A DNA stretch of 64,000 nt from an uncultured Bacteroidota bacterium (GTDB taxonomy: Bacteria; Bacteroidota; Bacteroidia; Cytophagales; Cyclobacteriaceae). The notes under the pieces were generated by a model. That model searched no databases. It saw only the letters and a program-made list of their open reading frames with translations, and was not told where the DNA came from. The stretch is from positions 21,188 through 85,187 of the forward strand of contig CAVQQL010000025.1 of the NCBI GenBank assembly GCA_963714945.1, read 5' to 3'. Positions 39,575 through 50,473 of the stretch are shown one piece after another. Each line of letters starts with the position of its first letter. The stretch's first letter is position 1. A program made the position numbers and the translations under genes.

Positions 39575-40438
39575 ATGAAGAATCTCGTTCTTACACTTTC
39601 TGTTTTGCTTCTCGTTTCAGTTGTATTTGCCCAAGATCACGGATTTCATCTGGATAGCGCGTACCCAATAAACAAAAACGGGTTGGTTGATCTGCGTTCC
39701 TCCGACGGGAAGGTTTTCGTGACGGGTTCCAAGCGGTCTACAGCGCACGTAAAAATTGACCGTAAGATCATCACCAGGGGATGGACATGGGGTGAGGATA
39801 ACTTTCATGTGGCTGTGAAGGAAGAAAACGGCAATCTATTTATCTACGAGCAACAAGGCGTTTCACACGTTAACGTCCTTGGCTATTATGAAGGGGAATA
39901 CAAAATCGAAATCGAAGTGCCTGAGGGTGTAAGTCTCACGGTGCGTGGCGATGATGGTGATTACTTCGTAAAGAATATTAACGGATCTATAGTGTTAGAC
40001 CTAGATGATGCAGATGCGGAATTGGTTGATTGTAAAGGTGCCAACTTTAAATTTAGCCTCGATGATGGTGATATCCGAATGGAAGGTGGAGGCGGAAATT
40101 TGTATGTTTCAGGCGATGATGCCGATGTGGAAATATGCAAGGCACATTTCTCTAGCGTAGACGTTAAGCTTGATGACGGCGATTTGACTCTTGAAACTTC
40201 GCTGGACGACAATGGAGAATATTTGATACGAACGCAAGATGGCGCTGTCACGCTTGATGTCACTGCAGGTGGTGGCGCGTTCGACATCCTTCACGATGAT
40301 GATGCTCACGTCATTACCGAAGGGCCCTTTAAAACCTTAGCCGTGAGCGAAGAGGAAACGCGCGTTACTTTGCCAAATGGTGCGGCGAATGTAACTGTTA
40401 GGGCTGATGATGCGCGCGTAAAGTTGAGGACAAAGTAG
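39575..40438 (+). CDS. DUF4097 / putative adhesin beta-strand repeat protein
   Basis: Signal peptide; IEIEVP, repeated DDGD/DDAD strand-turn units. Confidence 0.8.
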   Translation: MKNLVLTLSVLLLVSVVFAQDHGFHLDSAYPINKNGLVDLRSSDGKVFVTGSKRSTAHVKIDRKIITRGWTWGEDNFHVAVKEENGNLFIYEQQGVSHVNVLGYYEGEYKIEIEVPEGVSLTVRGDDGDYFVKNINGSIVLDLDDADAELVDCKGANFKFSLDDGDIRMEGGGGNLYVSGDDADVEICKAHFSSVDVKLDDGDLTLETSLDDNGEYLIRTQDGAVTLDVTAGGGAFDILHDDDAHVITEGPFKTLAVSEEETRVTLPNGAANVTVRADDARVKLRTK

Positions 40439-40692
40439 CATCGGCTCGTTGCAGACCCTTGAAGTAATAATAGATAATCACTTCCCAGGACAGGTTTTTC
40501 TTCCAATCCAGGATATCGTCAAATCATCATAGCGTACTGAGCAGTACAGACTGCCGACCCTGCGCCCAGATTACGTATAAAGTCCATGGGCAAGGTCACC
40601 TTACCGGCGTAATCGGCAAAAGTTTGATGGGCAACTGCAAAACTAGGGTCATTTTGAAATATTGGTAATAAATTGCGCGTGAGGGCCAGATC

Positions 40693-41646
40693 ATGATTCG
40701 CGCATACACGATTAATCAGGGCAAGATAAGTCAGCTAAAAAATCCATCTTTTGATGATATTGAGGCATTGGCGAACATCGTCTGGATTGATCTGCAATCT
40801 CCAACAAACGAAGAGCGGCAATTCATTGAGAAGCGTTATGGCATCGAATTCTTCACATTTCAGGAATTGCAGGAAATTGAAAGCAGTTCGCGCTTTCTGG
40901 AAACGGACGAGACAATTGAAATGAACCTTGGGTTTGTCTCCAGTGACCGGGAACTCGCCGTACAGAATATTGCCTTTATTCTAAAGGCAAATCTTCTTTT
41001 TTCGTACCGCCTTGGGGATATGAAAATTTTTGCTGAATCGGTAAGGAGGTTGAAATCCGTTAGCGCCACTGAAAGAAAAGAACACGGGCTTAACGTTTTC
41101 TTAACCGTACTGGAAACGCGTATTGATGCCGATGCTGATTTAATTGAGGCTATAAATCGAAAACTGAACGTGATTAGTAAGGAGCTGATTGCCAAACGAT
41201 CACTTCATGAAGATCTGTTGCTGGGCATAGCGCAGCTGCAGGAGAATGTCATGCTACTCCATGAGACTATTACAGAAAAACAGCGCATTGTAGGTGCATT
41301 GATCCGCATCCCTGAGTTAAACAAAATTGAAAATGAACGGCTGAAGATTATTTTGAATGACATTGCTTCGTTGCTGCAGCATTCGCAATTCAGCGCTGAA
41401 CGATTGGAGTATCTTCAAAATACATTTCTCGGATTAGTGAATATAGAGCAGAATCAGGTTATCAAGATATTCACGGTCGTTACCGTTGTTTTTATGCCAC
41501 CAACGCTTATTGCAAGCATCTATGGGATGAACTTTAGTTTCATGCCGGAATTGGCATGGATGGGAGGCTACCCTTTTGCGATCGGTCTGATGGTTATTTC
41601 CTCGATGCTGTTTCTTTGGTACTTCAAAAGAAAGAAATGGTTATAG
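40693..41646 (+). CDS. corA: Magnesium/cobalt transporter CorA
   Basis: WIDLQSP, EIESSSRF, EQNQVIKIFT, PPTLIASIYGMNF.FMPEL.W..GYP. Confidence 0.95.
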   Translation: MIRAYTINQGKISQLKNPSFDDIEALANIVWIDLQSPTNEERQFIEKRYGIEFFTFQELQEIESSSRFLETDETIEMNLGFVSSDRELAVQNIAFILKANLLFSYRLGDMKIFAESVRRLKSVSATERKEHGLNVFLTVLETRIDADADLIEAINRKLNVISKELIAKRSLHEDLLLGIAQLQENVMLLHETITEKQRIVGALIRIPELNKIENERLKIILNDIASLLQHSQFSAERLEYLQNTFLGLVNIEQNQVIKIFTVVTVVFMPPTLIASIYGMNFSFMPELAWMGGYPFAIGLMVISSMLFLWYFKRKKWL

Positions 41647-41725
41647 CCGCAGATCGCTGGTCTCCTTTGCCCGAATTTCAGTGGGTTAGGGATGAAGCCG
41701 GGTCTTCGAAGCGTTGTTGCGGTAG

Positions 41726-42997
41726 TTATTCTTTCAATATTATTATACCGTTCTGCATTACCCACGTTACTTTTCGGAGATCGGAGATGTCTTGTGTAGG
41801 GTTACCGCGCATGACGACAAGATCAGCCTTCAGGCTGGGTATGACCCTGCCCACGCTTTTTTCCAGGTGAAAAACTTTTGCATTGATGCTTGTTGCAGCC
41901 CTCAAAACGTTGATAGGACTCATCCCATACTCAACCATCATTTCCAGTTCGCGTACATTATCACCGTGTGAAAAGACCCCAACATCTCCGCCAGCACAAA
42001 TGGTAACACCTGATGTAAGCGCTTCTGTAAAGCTTTTTCTTTTTTGCTTTATTTGTTCCGGTTCTGGGTCGATGCCCTTTCGCCAGCCCCGGTATTGGCT
42101 TACTGCATCTCCGGCGGCGAGGGTTGGGCACAGCGCGACGCCTTTGTCTTTCATCATCGTAAAGATCTCAAGCGTTCCCTCATCGCCATGTTCTATTGTT
42201 TCTACACCGGAAAGCACAGCTCTGCGCATACCCTCTACCGTTGAGGCGTGGGCTACAACTGGCCTCCCACTGCTGCTTGCCGTTTCAACAATAAGTTTTA
42301 ATTCATCAAGCGAAAAGGTTGGCTCCGCGTCGCCGGATGGGCCCCAGCGATAGTCTGCATATACTTTAATTACATCAGCACCCTTTCCAATTTGATCACG
42401 AACAACGCGTACCAGGTCGTTGCCGTCTGCCGGCTCCGCGCCAAGCATAATATTGAAATCGGTATCAAAACCTTTGGGCCCGTAACTCCCGGTTGCTACA
42501 ATTGCGCGACCGGCAACAATCATGCGCGGCCCGGGAATAATACCTTGTTCAACAGCCTGTTTTAAACCAACATCAGCATAGCCGGCACCCTCTGATCCCA
42601 GGTCTCTAAGTGTTGTGAATCCCGCGAGCAGCGTATTCTTAGCATGGACTGTTGCGCGGGTCACACGAAGTGCATCCGATTCTTTCAACACCTGGTCATT
42701 CCAGTCAGCTTCATCATAAGGATGGAGTAAAAGGTGTGCATGCCCTTCAATCAAACCTGGAAGCAAAGTGCATCCTGGGAAATCAAGGCGAATTGCGGCT
42801 TTAGGTACACGTACCTGGCTAGCAGGGCCAGCTTCAGCAATTTTATCTCCCACAACCAGCACAACCCAGCCCGTGTGAAACTGCTCACCGTCAAAAACGC
42901 CGTCAGGCTGCAGGAGATATTCTTGCTGTGCCAAGCCGACAAAACTTTTCGCTACAAACAAGAGCAGAATGCATCGCCTCCCGAAATAGTTTTTCAT
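41726..42997 (-). CDS. Amidohydrolase (Xaa-Pro dipeptidase-like, Met_dep_hydrolase_A)
   Basis: PGLIEGHAH, AGFTTLRDLG, DVIKVYA, VVAHA, TIEHG, GGDVG, KADLVV. Confidence 0.9.
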   Translation of the reverse strand: MKNYFGRRCILLLFVAKSFVGLAQQEYLLQPDGVFDGEQFHTGWVVLVVGDKIAEAGPASQVRVPKAAIRLDFPGCTLLPGLIEGHAHLLLHPYDEADWNDQVLKESDALRVTRATVHAKNTLLAGFTTLRDLGSEGAGYADVGLKQAVEQGIIPGPRMIVAGRAIVATGSYGPKGFDTDFNIMLGAEPADGNDLVRVVRDQIGKGADVIKVYADYRWGPSGDAEPTFSLDELKLIVETASSSGRPVVAHASTVEGMRRAVLSGVETIEHGDEGTLEIFTMMKDKGVALCPTLAAGDAVSQYRGWRKGIDPEPEQIKQKRKSFTEALTSGVTICAGGDVGVFSHGDNVRELEMMVEYGMSPINVLRAATSINAKVFHLEKSVGRVIPSLKADLVVMRGNPTQDISDLRKVTWVMQNGIIILKE

Positions 42998-43068
42998 TTT
43001 AAAAGGTAACTTTATTTATAGAATTCAACCAGAATATTTTCTCTGCAGCCGAAAATAAAAGCCAAAGC

Positions 43069-43704
43069 ATGCAACATAAGCTAAAGCACATTGCGATCAG
43101 TGGAAATATTGGGTCTGGAAAGACGAGCTTAACAGAAAAACTTTCGAAGCATTATGGTTGGCTTCCACTGTATGAATCTGTCGATCATAACCCTTATCTG
43201 CGTGATTTCTATGGGGACATGACGCGGTGGGCATTTCACTTGCAGATCTATTTCTTGAACAGCAGGTTTAAGCAGGTGAATCAAATCCGAGAGAATAGAA
43301 GAACAACGGTTCAAGATAGGACGATATATGAAGATGCCTACATATTTGCGACAAACCTTCATGAAAGTGGGCACATCACTGATCGTGATTACCAAAGCTA
43401 TCAGGACATCTTTAATTCAATGATAAACTTTGTAAAACCTCCAGACTTGTTAATTTATTTGAAAGCGGATGTTCCAACGTTGGTCCGGCAAATTGAGAAG
43501 AGAGGACGTGACTTTGAGTATGCAATGCGCCTTGATTATCTAAGAAAACTAAATGAGCATTATGAAAAGTGGATTGGCGAATACAAGCTTGGCAAAGTAA
43601 TGATCGTTGATGTAAATAAAATCGACTTTGTTGAGCGCATTGATGACTTTGCTGCTGTCGTGAGCAAAGTTGATTTGGAGCTGAACAGCATTTTTGATAT
43701 GTAG
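43069..43704 (+). CDS. Deoxynucleoside kinase
   Basis: ISGNIGSGKTS, LQIYFL..R, QDRTIYED, PDLLIYL, KRGR..E. Confidence 0.93.
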   Translation: MQHKLKHIAISGNIGSGKTSLTEKLSKHYGWLPLYESVDHNPYLRDFYGDMTRWAFHLQIYFLNSRFKQVNQIRENRRTTVQDRTIYEDAYIFATNLHESGHITDRDYQSYQDIFNSMINFVKPPDLLIYLKADVPTLVRQIEKRGRDFEYAMRLDYLRKLNEHYEKWIGEYKLGKVMIVDVNKIDFVERIDDFAAVVSKVDLELNSIFDM

Positions 43705-43748
43705 TTTCGTACAGGCGCCACTCGGCTATTTTTGTGAGAATTATCCTG

Positions 43749-44672
43749 CTACAGCGCGATGCGCTTGTTACCGCTGATCATCAATACGCCCATTAGAATA
43801 AGAGCAGTTCCTCCCAACTGCATCGCATGCATGGGTTCGCCCAAAAAGAAATAGGCTTGCAAAATCGTCGAAACCGGACCGACACTGCCAACGATGGCAG
43901 CGTTGTCAGCGCCAATACGCTTGATCCCCTCTGTAACTAGATAGGACGGAATCACGGTGCTGATTATCGCCATGCAGAAACTATAAACATATACTGTATT
44001 GGACTGATCAAAAAAGGAATTGTCAGAGGTTGCGAAAAAATGAATCAGTACTGCGATCGACGCAAAGCTCATGGCAAAACTATTGAATTTAGCAGCACCA
44101 AGCGTTGGGATTAGCCTTCCGCTTCCAACGATATACATCGCATACGTAACGGCACAAACAGCAATCAAGATGGCGCCTTTGTAAAAATTCTCATTGGCGC
44201 CCTGAAAACTGACCTCTCCCCAGAATGCGATAAATAGACCCAGGTATGTTATGGCCAGCGCAAGCCATTGCCGCGGTTTGATTCTTATTTTGAAGATTAC
44301 AGTGGTCATTATTAACACCAACGTCGGATAGATAAACAGCACCAGTCGTTCAATGCCGGCGGAAATGTATTGGAGTCCTAGAAAATCAAGTAGGCTGCTC
44401 ACATAATACCCGAGACACCCTATCAGTGCCACGCCTAGCCACTGCTTGCTCGTAAACCGAACGCTGTTTCTTTGATTGGAAGAGAATAGGGCCGACCCCA
44501 AAAAGAATGGCAATGCGAAGAGCATTCGAAGGGCCAGCAATGTGACAGCATCAACGACCGTGTCCCGATAGGCAAGTTTTACAAAGATCGCCTTCGTCGA
44601 AAAACAAACTGCGCCGAGTAGGCAGATCATTATACCACCAATGAAATTGGAAGATGTCTTCTTGTCAGACAT
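43749..44672 (-). CDS. DMT/EamA family transporter
   Basis: 10 TM; FSTKAIFVKLAY, LLALRM, GIERLVLFIYP, VGPVSTI..FLGE. Confidence 0.92.
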   Translation of the reverse strand: MSDKKTSSNFIGGIMICLLGAVCFSTKAIFVKLAYRDTVVDAVTLLALRMLFALPFFLGSALFSSNQRNSVRFTSKQWLGVALIGCLGYYVSSLLDFLGLQYISAGIERLVLFIYPTLVLIMTTVIFKIRIKPRQWLALAITYLGLFIAFWGEVSFQGANENFYKGAILIAVCAVTYAMYIVGSGRLIPTLGAAKFNSFAMSFASIAVLIHFFATSDNSFFDQSNTVYVYSFCMAIISTVIPSYLVTEGIKRIGADNAAIVGSVGPVSTILQAYFFLGEPMHAMQLGGTALILMGVLMISGNKRIAL

Positions 44673-44675
44673 GCG

Positions 44676-45821
44676 CTACCGCGATAGCGCCTTAACGAGT
44701 CTATCCATATCCATCTCGTGGTTGTAAAGATTTGGAGATACGCGTATTGCGTCTCCACGAAAGGAAACGTGGATATTACTTTTTTGTAGAGATGCTTTAA
44801 CCTTGCGTTGATCTTTTTCCAGTAGTCTAATCCCAAATAAATGGCCACTCCGGTAATCATCATCCTCGATCCAATAGCCATGCTGCCGCAGCGATTGCAT
44901 GGCCTTTTCGCAAATGGACACACAATAGGATTGAATATTTTCACTACCCCATCGATTCAAATGCTGGATGGCCTTTAACAACATGGGAACAAGGATGAAG
45001 TTACTGTGTTCACCTACCGCATACCGAAGGGACCCTTCCTGATAGTAAGGTTGGTAATTTACGAGTTGCTCAAAGTCATCGCTGTCCTGCCGATTGATCC
45101 AATTCTCCTCAATGGGCTTCCCCTCGTCAAAATATTCCCCATAGTACGCAAGGCCAATTGAATATGGACCCAGCAACCATTTGTAACCAGCGCAAATCAG
45201 TGCATCGGGTTGAATGCTGGTGACGTCAAACGGTAATGCGCCTACCGATTGTGTTCCGTCGATTATAAGGAGCGCGCCAACATCCCTGGTTCGTTTCCGG
45301 ATGGTATGCAGGTTGAAGAGGGTGCCATCTGCCCAGTGGACATTACCGATGGCCACTGCCTTTGTACTGGCGTCGATAGCATCCAGTATCCTTTCATTCC
45401 AAACTTTTCCCCTTGCGGAAAGGTTAGTTGGAGGTTCAATGATCTTAACGACGGCTCCCTTTTCTTCGCACAGATTTTTCCAGGGATAATAATTGCTGGG
45501 GAACTGATCAGACGCGACCACAATCTTTTCTCCGGGGCCAATGTTAAGGTTGCTTGACACTGTCGCCATTCCATACGACACCGACGGGATAATGGCTATT
45601 CGTTTCGGGTCAGGGGTATTAATGAGTTTGGCAAACTCTTCTCGAAGCTGTCTGCTATGCGTGAAAAAATCAGCAGGAATGATTTTGGAGGGGTCTCTTT
45701 TTTTTCGAAGACCGCGTATTCCCATTTTTTCCACCTTTTTCAATAAAGGGGACATATACGCACAATTGAGATAAGAAATCCCGGGGGGCAAAGTGAACTT
45801 TGAACGTTTGCAGGTTATCAT
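44676..45821 (-). CDS. Aminotransferase class V fold PLP enzyme
   Basis: YLNCAYMSP, IDGTQSVG, CAGYKWLLGP (PLP Lys), IRVSPNLYN. Confidence 0.9.
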   Translation of the reverse strand: MITCKRSKFTLPPGISYLNCAYMSPLLKKVEKMGIRGLRKKRDPSKIIPADFFTHSRQLREEFAKLINTPDPKRIAIIPSVSYGMATVSSNLNIGPGEKIVVASDQFPSNYYPWKNLCEEKGAVVKIIEPPTNLSARGKVWNERILDAIDASTKAVAIGNVHWADGTLFNLHTIRKRTRDVGALLIIDGTQSVGALPFDVTSIQPDALICAGYKWLLGPYSIGLAYYGEYFDEGKPIEENWINRQDSDDFEQLVNYQPYYQEGSLRYAVGEHSNFILVPMLLKAIQHLNRWGSENIQSYCVSICEKAMQSLRQHGYWIEDDDYRSGHLFGIRLLEKDQRKVKASLQKSNIHVSFRGDAIRVSPNLYNHEMDMDRLVKALSR

Positions 45822-45841
45822 AGTACAATCCAGAAACAGAA

Positions 45842-46054
45842 TTAATGCTTGAAGCGAAAGTAAAGATACAGGAGGATAGAGATAATAATGCTAACAAGAA
45901 TGCTTGTTGCGATGGGAAAGTATAACTTAAAGTTGCCCCTTTCAATGATGATATCACCCGGTAGTTTTCCAAGGAAAGGCAGCTTGTGGCTATAGGTTAT
46001 GCAAAGCCCAAGGAGTATGCAAACAATTCCAACGATAATCAGCACCTTGCCCAT
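45842..46054 (-). CDS. DUF2905 small membrane protein
   Basis: LGKLPGDI.IE..NF..YFPIATSILVS. Confidence 0.9.
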   Translation of the reverse strand: MGKVLIIVGIVCILLGLCITYSHKLPFLGKLPGDIIIERGNFKLYFPIATSILVSIIISILLYLYFRFKH

Positions 46055-46109
46055 ATGTAATTCTTCTTCTCAAATTTAGTTCACTAATTTAGATTGCATC
46101 TTATAGCCT

Positions 46110-46820
46110 ATGGAGCCCGGAAAGATCTATCTCATCCCAACCATCATTGCAGAAAATACCCAGCACGCCGTTGTTACAAATCACGTCCGGGAAACTTTAC
46201 CTGGCATAACCTATTTTTTGGCCGAAGAGGTACGGACAGCCCGTCGCTTCTTAAGTAGTTTGAAAATCTACGACACGATTGAGGGGCTTCACTTTGATGT
46301 CCTGAACAAAGATACAAGCGCAGCGGAAATGAAAAAGTTGTTAGCGCCAATTTACGAAGGAGTCCACGTCGGTATACTGTCCGAATCGGGTTGTCCAGGG
46401 GTTGCTGACCCAGGCGCGTTAGCGGTTAAATTTGCGCATGAAAACGGCATTCGGGTTATACCGCTTGTCGGGCCGTCATCCATTTTACTCGCGCTAATGG
46501 CTTCGGGGTTAAATGGTCAGTGTTTTGCGTTTCAAGGTTACTTGCCAATTGCTGTTAAAGATGCGTCTAGAAAGATAGTAGCCTTTGAAAAAGAGTCGAG
46601 TCAAAAACAACAAACGCAAATCTTTATTGAAACACCTTATCGGAGCAATTCCCTGTTTAGACTGTTAGTTAATACACTGCACGAGGAAACGCTGCTTTGC
46701 GTGGCCCTGGATATTACAGGTGATTCCGAAGAAATAAAGACATACACTGTTAGGGCATGGAGAAAGATTAAACAAGCATTACCAAAAGCACCCACTGTTT
46801 TTCTTTTTTTGGGAGTTTAA
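46110..46820 (+). CDS. SAM-dependent tetrapyrrole-methylase-fold methyltransferase (RsmI-like)
   Basis: YLIPT, RTARRFL, SESGCPGVADPG, PLVGPSSILLALMASG, FIETPYR. Confidence 0.85.
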   Translation: MEPGKIYLIPTIIAENTQHAVVTNHVRETLPGITYFLAEEVRTARRFLSSLKIYDTIEGLHFDVLNKDTSAAEMKKLLAPIYEGVHVGILSESGCPGVADPGALAVKFAHENGIRVIPLVGPSSILLALMASGLNGQCFAFQGYLPIAVKDASRKIVAFEKESSQKQQTQIFIETPYRSNSLFRLLVNTLHEETLLCVALDITGDSEEIKTYTVRAWRKIKQALPKAPTVFLFLGV

Positions 46821-46862
46821 GGCGATTGAGACCTGGAACTTTTTGTTTTTCATAAATCGCTC

Positions 46863-46870
46863 TAAATTTG
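46863..46870 (+). promoter_or_regulatory. -7 element (TAAATTTG) for metK
   Basis: TAnnTTTG match 54 nt upstream of the metK ATG. Confidence 0.55.
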
Positions 46871-46924
46871 CGGTCTTGCATTTTTTTCATACTATCGTCG
46901 TAAATCTTAAAAAATACAGCCCTT

Positions 46925-48181
46925 ATGCCTTATCTATTTACTTCAGAGTCAGTTTCTGAAGGCCATCCTGACAAAGTAGCGGACCAAATCTCTGACGCAC
47001 TTATTGATTATTTTCTGGCATATGACCCCAATTCAAAGGTTGCCTGCGAGACTTTAGTTACGACGGGCCAGGTTGTATTAGCTGGTGAGGTTAAGTCAGA
47101 AGCATATTTGGATGTGCAGGATATCGCACGCGAGGTGATCAAAAAAATCGGCTATACCAAAAGTGAGTATATGTTTGAGGCAAATTCCTGTGGAATTCTG
47201 TCGGCTATTCACGAGCAATCTCCCGAAATAAACCAGGGTGTTGAGCGGAGGAGGAAGGAAGATCAAGGTGCGGGTGACCAGGGAATGATGTTTGGGTATG
47301 CCACAAATGAGACCGACAACTATATGCCGCTTTCCCTTGAATTGGCGCACTTGTTACTGCGCGAACTGGCCTCCATTAGAAAGGCTGGAAGAGTCATGAC
47401 ATACCTTCGGCCCGATGCTAAATCTCAAGTAACAATCGAATATGGTGATGATAATAGGCCACAACGGGTGGATACGATTGTGATTTCAACCCAGCATGAT
47501 GACTTTGCGCGGGATGCGGTGATGCTGCGGCAAATCAGGGAAGATATTGTCAATATCGTTGTTCCAAGAATCAAGAAAAAACTTCCAAAGCGCGTTCAGA
47601 AGCTTTTCGGCCGTGATATCAAATACCACGTTAACCCAACGGGAAAGTTTGTTATCGGCGGACCACATGGTGATACAGGTTTAACGGGGCGCAAGATTAT
47701 TGTCGATACGTATGGCGGAAAAGGTGCACACGGTGGAGGTGCATTCTCCGGAAAGGATCCATCAAAAGTGGATCGTTCTGCGGCCTATGCCACGCGTCAT
47801 ATCGCCAAGAATCTCGTTGCGGCAGGCGTATGCGATGAGGTACTCGTCCAGGTTGCGTATGCGATTGGGGTGGCTCAACCTGTTGGGCTATATGTTAACA
47901 CCTATGGCAGATCGAATGTTAAGCTGAGTGATGGCGAAATAGCTAAACGTGTTGGGAAAATTTTTGACATGCGCCCCTATTTTATTGAGCAACGTTTCAA
48001 TTTAAGAACTCCGATCTACGCCGAAACCGCTGCGTATGGACACATGGGGCGCGAGCCCAAAGTGGTTGAAAAGGTTTTTAACGCCGGTTTGCAAACAGAG
48101 AAGAAGGTGAAGGTGCAATTGTTTCCATGGGAGAGACTGGATTATGTTGATCAGGTAAAAAAAGCTTTTAAGATTAAGTAA
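46925..48181 (+). CDS. metK: S-adenosylmethionine synthetase
   Basis: [56 protein letters not shown]. Confidence 0.99.
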   Translation: MPYLFTSESVSEGHPDKVADQISDALIDYFLAYDPNSKVACETLVTTGQVVLAGEVKSEAYLDVQDIAREVIKKIGYTKSEYMFEANSCGILSAIHEQSPEINQGVERRRKEDQGAGDQGMMFGYATNETDNYMPLSLELAHLLLRELASIRKAGRVMTYLRPDAKSQVTIEYGDDNRPQRVDTIVISTQHDDFARDAVMLRQIREDIVNIVVPRIKKKLPKRVQKLFGRDIKYHVNPTGKFVIGGPHGDTGLTGRKIIVDTYGGKGAHGGGAFSGKDPSKVDRSAAYATRHIAKNLVAAGVCDEVLVQVAYAIGVAQPVGLYVNTYGRSNVKLSDGEIAKRVGKIFDMRPYFIEQRFNLRTPIYAETAAYGHMGREPKVVEKVFNAGLQTEKKVKVQLFPWERLDYVDQVKKAFKIK

Positions 48182-48203
48182 GTCATCTCTTCGTAGTGAG
48201 ATA

Positions 48204-48235
48204 GAGGCTCCCAATTTTTGAGAGCCTTATTTTTT
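48204..48235 (+). terminator. Intrinsic terminator after metK
   Basis: GAGGCTC...GAGCCTT stem followed by ATTTTTT. Confidence 0.65.
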
Positions 48236-48354
48236 GATCCTACTTTCTTGGCTCAATCAATTAGGCTTTGGCATTGCCAATGGTTTAATATATAGCACGC
48301 TGAAACTCACTAATTCCAGAATTAGATTTAGTATATTTCTTCTTTTAAGATCAC

Positions 48355-50460
48355 ATGGCAACAAGAAGTGCTGTTTTTCTGCTAGGATTTTTCGGGCTAA
48401 ATCTGGGGTTTGTGACCGCACAGGAACTGACGCGCCAGTCTGACGATACGATTAAGCTTTTGTCAGAAGTGGTGGTGCACGCTTATCTCTATGATCGCCC
48501 TTTTAATGAAGTGCCTGCCGCAATAGCGGTTGTTGGATTGAAAGATCTGGAACGATTTAATAATACCTCAATACTTTCTACAGTAAATACCATTCCTGGT
48601 GTTCGGATGGAAGAACGATCCCCTGGTAGTTACAGATTTTCTATTCGTGGCAGTTTGCTGCGGTCGCCATTTGGAGTGCGTAATGTGAAAGTCTATTGGA
48701 ATGGATTGCCCATGACCGACGGTGGCGGCAATACTTACCTCAACTTGCTGGACTTCGGTGCAATCACAGGCGCAGAGATTATTAAGGGCCCAGGGGCAAG
48801 TCTTTATGGGGCAGGAACAGGCGGCGTTATTCTTCTGAACAAAAGTGTCAGCCAACAGCCTGAGCTCAAATTCTCTACCGTAATCGGCAGCTACGGACTA
48901 CAGCGATATCAGCTTTCAGCGCAAGCAGGCACAGAAAAAGTAAAGGCATCCGTGCAATATGTTCATCAGCAGGCCGATGGATATCGGCGACAGACGAAAA
49001 TGAACCGAGATGCTATAAATGCAGATGTTCATATCGCGTTGAACACCAAGAGCACCCTATCTACTACGATATTCTACACAGATCTATTTTATGAAACCCC
49101 GGGGGGCCTTACGAAGGCACAATATGAAGAAGATCCCAGACAAGCAAGGCCACCCAAAACTACCCCGCCGCCACAGCCAGGTGCGGAAGACGCCATGGCT
49201 GCAGTCAGAAACAAAACCGGATTTGCGGGAATCATGCATGAATATGCGTGGAGTAATCATTGGACTACGAAGACCGGTGTGTATGGTTCAATAACAGCAT
49301 TCGAAAATCCATCAATTCGAAATTATGAAATAAGGGACGAGACTAACTTCGGGGGGAGGACCGATACGCAGTTTTCCTTCGACAAAGGAATGTGGAGCGG
49401 TAAGATTACATTCGGGGCAGAATATCAATACTTTTTCTCGCCCGTAAAAGTCTATGACAATAATTTGGGAGAGGTGGGAACCAATATCCAAGCCAATGAT
49501 GAACTCGCTTCACGGCAACTCTTGGCATTTGGTCAGGCAGAATTGGATTTGCCGAAAAGTTTTTATTTGACGATTGGTGGCAGTGGCAATTTCCTTAACT
49601 ATGATTTTTCAGCTTTGCTTGAAAACCCATCCATTAAGCAGCAAAGGAAATTTAGTCCTGTATTTTCGCCACGGGTTGCTTTGTTGAAAAAATTGAGCGC
49701 GACATTTTCCCTGTACGGAAGTTTTAGCAAAGGATTTTCGCCACCCTCCCTGGCAGAAGTGCGTCCCTCCACTGGTGCATACAATAATAGCCTGAAACCT
49801 GAGCGCGGCACCAGTTATGAAGTCGGTCTGCGCGGTAGTGCAATCAAGCAAAAGCTGCAGTTTGAATTAACCGTGTATGATTTTCTACTTGACGAAACGA
49901 TAGTTATTCAGCGCGCGCCAGATGGTGCCGACTATTTTGTAAATGCCGGGAAGACCGATCAGCGAGGTATTGAAGCGAAACTATCCTGGAAGCTGAAACT
50001 GGACGTGGGGATAATTTCGGGACTTAACCTTTGGAGCAGTTATACCTATAATTACTACCGCTTTGTTGATTATGTGCAAGATGGAAACGATTATTCAGGC
50101 AACAGGCTAACCGGTGTGGCACCTACTGTTGCGCTTTTGGGTGCTGATGTCATATTTCGAAAAATATACATCAACATCACCTCCGGATATACAGATGCCA
50201 TTCCACTTAACGATGCAAACAGCGAGTACGCTTCGTCATATGTTTTGTTGGGCGCACGTGTAGGTTGTAAGACTGATCTGGCAAAAAATTTACCCTTCGA
50301 AGTTTTCATTGGGGTTGATAATGCGCTGAACGAGCGCTACAGTCTTGGTAATGATCTCAATGCTTTTGGCGGCAGATTTTATAACCCTGCGGCCGATAGA
50401 AATTATTATGTGGGCATTGTACTAAGTCCATACCTCAACAAACACGCAGGAAAAAAATAG
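48355..50460 (+). CDS. TonB-dependent receptor
   Basis: LSEVVV, plug (NTIPGV, SIRGS, EIIKGPGASLYG..GGVI), LKPERG.SYEVG, DNALNERY, RNYY. Confidence 0.93.
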   Translation: MATRSAVFLLGFFGLNLGFVTAQELTRQSDDTIKLLSEVVVHAYLYDRPFNEVPAAIAVVGLKDLERFNNTSILSTVNTIPGVRMEERSPGSYRFSIRGSLLRSPFGVRNVKVYWNGLPMTDGGGNTYLNLLDFGAITGAEIIKGPGASLYGAGTGGVILLNKSVSQQPELKFSTVIGSYGLQRYQLSAQAGTEKVKASVQYVHQQADGYRRQTKMNRDAINADVHIALNTKSTLSTTIFYTDLFYETPGGLTKAQYEEDPRQARPPKTTPPPQPGAEDAMAAVRNKTGFAGIMHEYAWSNHWTTKTGVYGSITAFENPSIRNYEIRDETNFGGRTDTQFSFDKGMWSGKITFGAEYQYFFSPVKVYDNNLGEVGTNIQANDELASRQLLAFGQAELDLPKSFYLTIGGSGNFLNYDFSALLENPSIKQQRKFSPVFSPRVALLKKLSATFSLYGSFSKGFSPPSLAEVRPSTGAYNNSLKPERGTSYEVGLRGSAIKQKLQFELTVYDFLLDETIVIQRAPDGADYFVNAGKTDQRGIEAKLSWKLKLDVGIISGLNLWSSYTYNYYRFVDYVQDGNDYSGNRLTGVAPTVALLGADVIFRKIYINITSGYTDAIPLNDANSEYASSYVLLGARVGCKTDLAKNLPFEVFIGVDNALNERYSLGNDLNAFGGRFYNPAADRNYYVGIVLSPYLNKHAGKK

Positions 50461-50473
50461 TTGTGCGGATACG

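Noticed and set aside
40439-40692. Mg2+ riboswitch or gene remnant ahead of corA
   Set aside because: No M-box motif recognisable; the short minus-strand reading frames resemble no family I know.
46821-46924. SAM riboswitch ahead of metK
   Set aside because: Only about 50 AT-rich nt follow the -7 element, with no SAM-I or SAM-II core.
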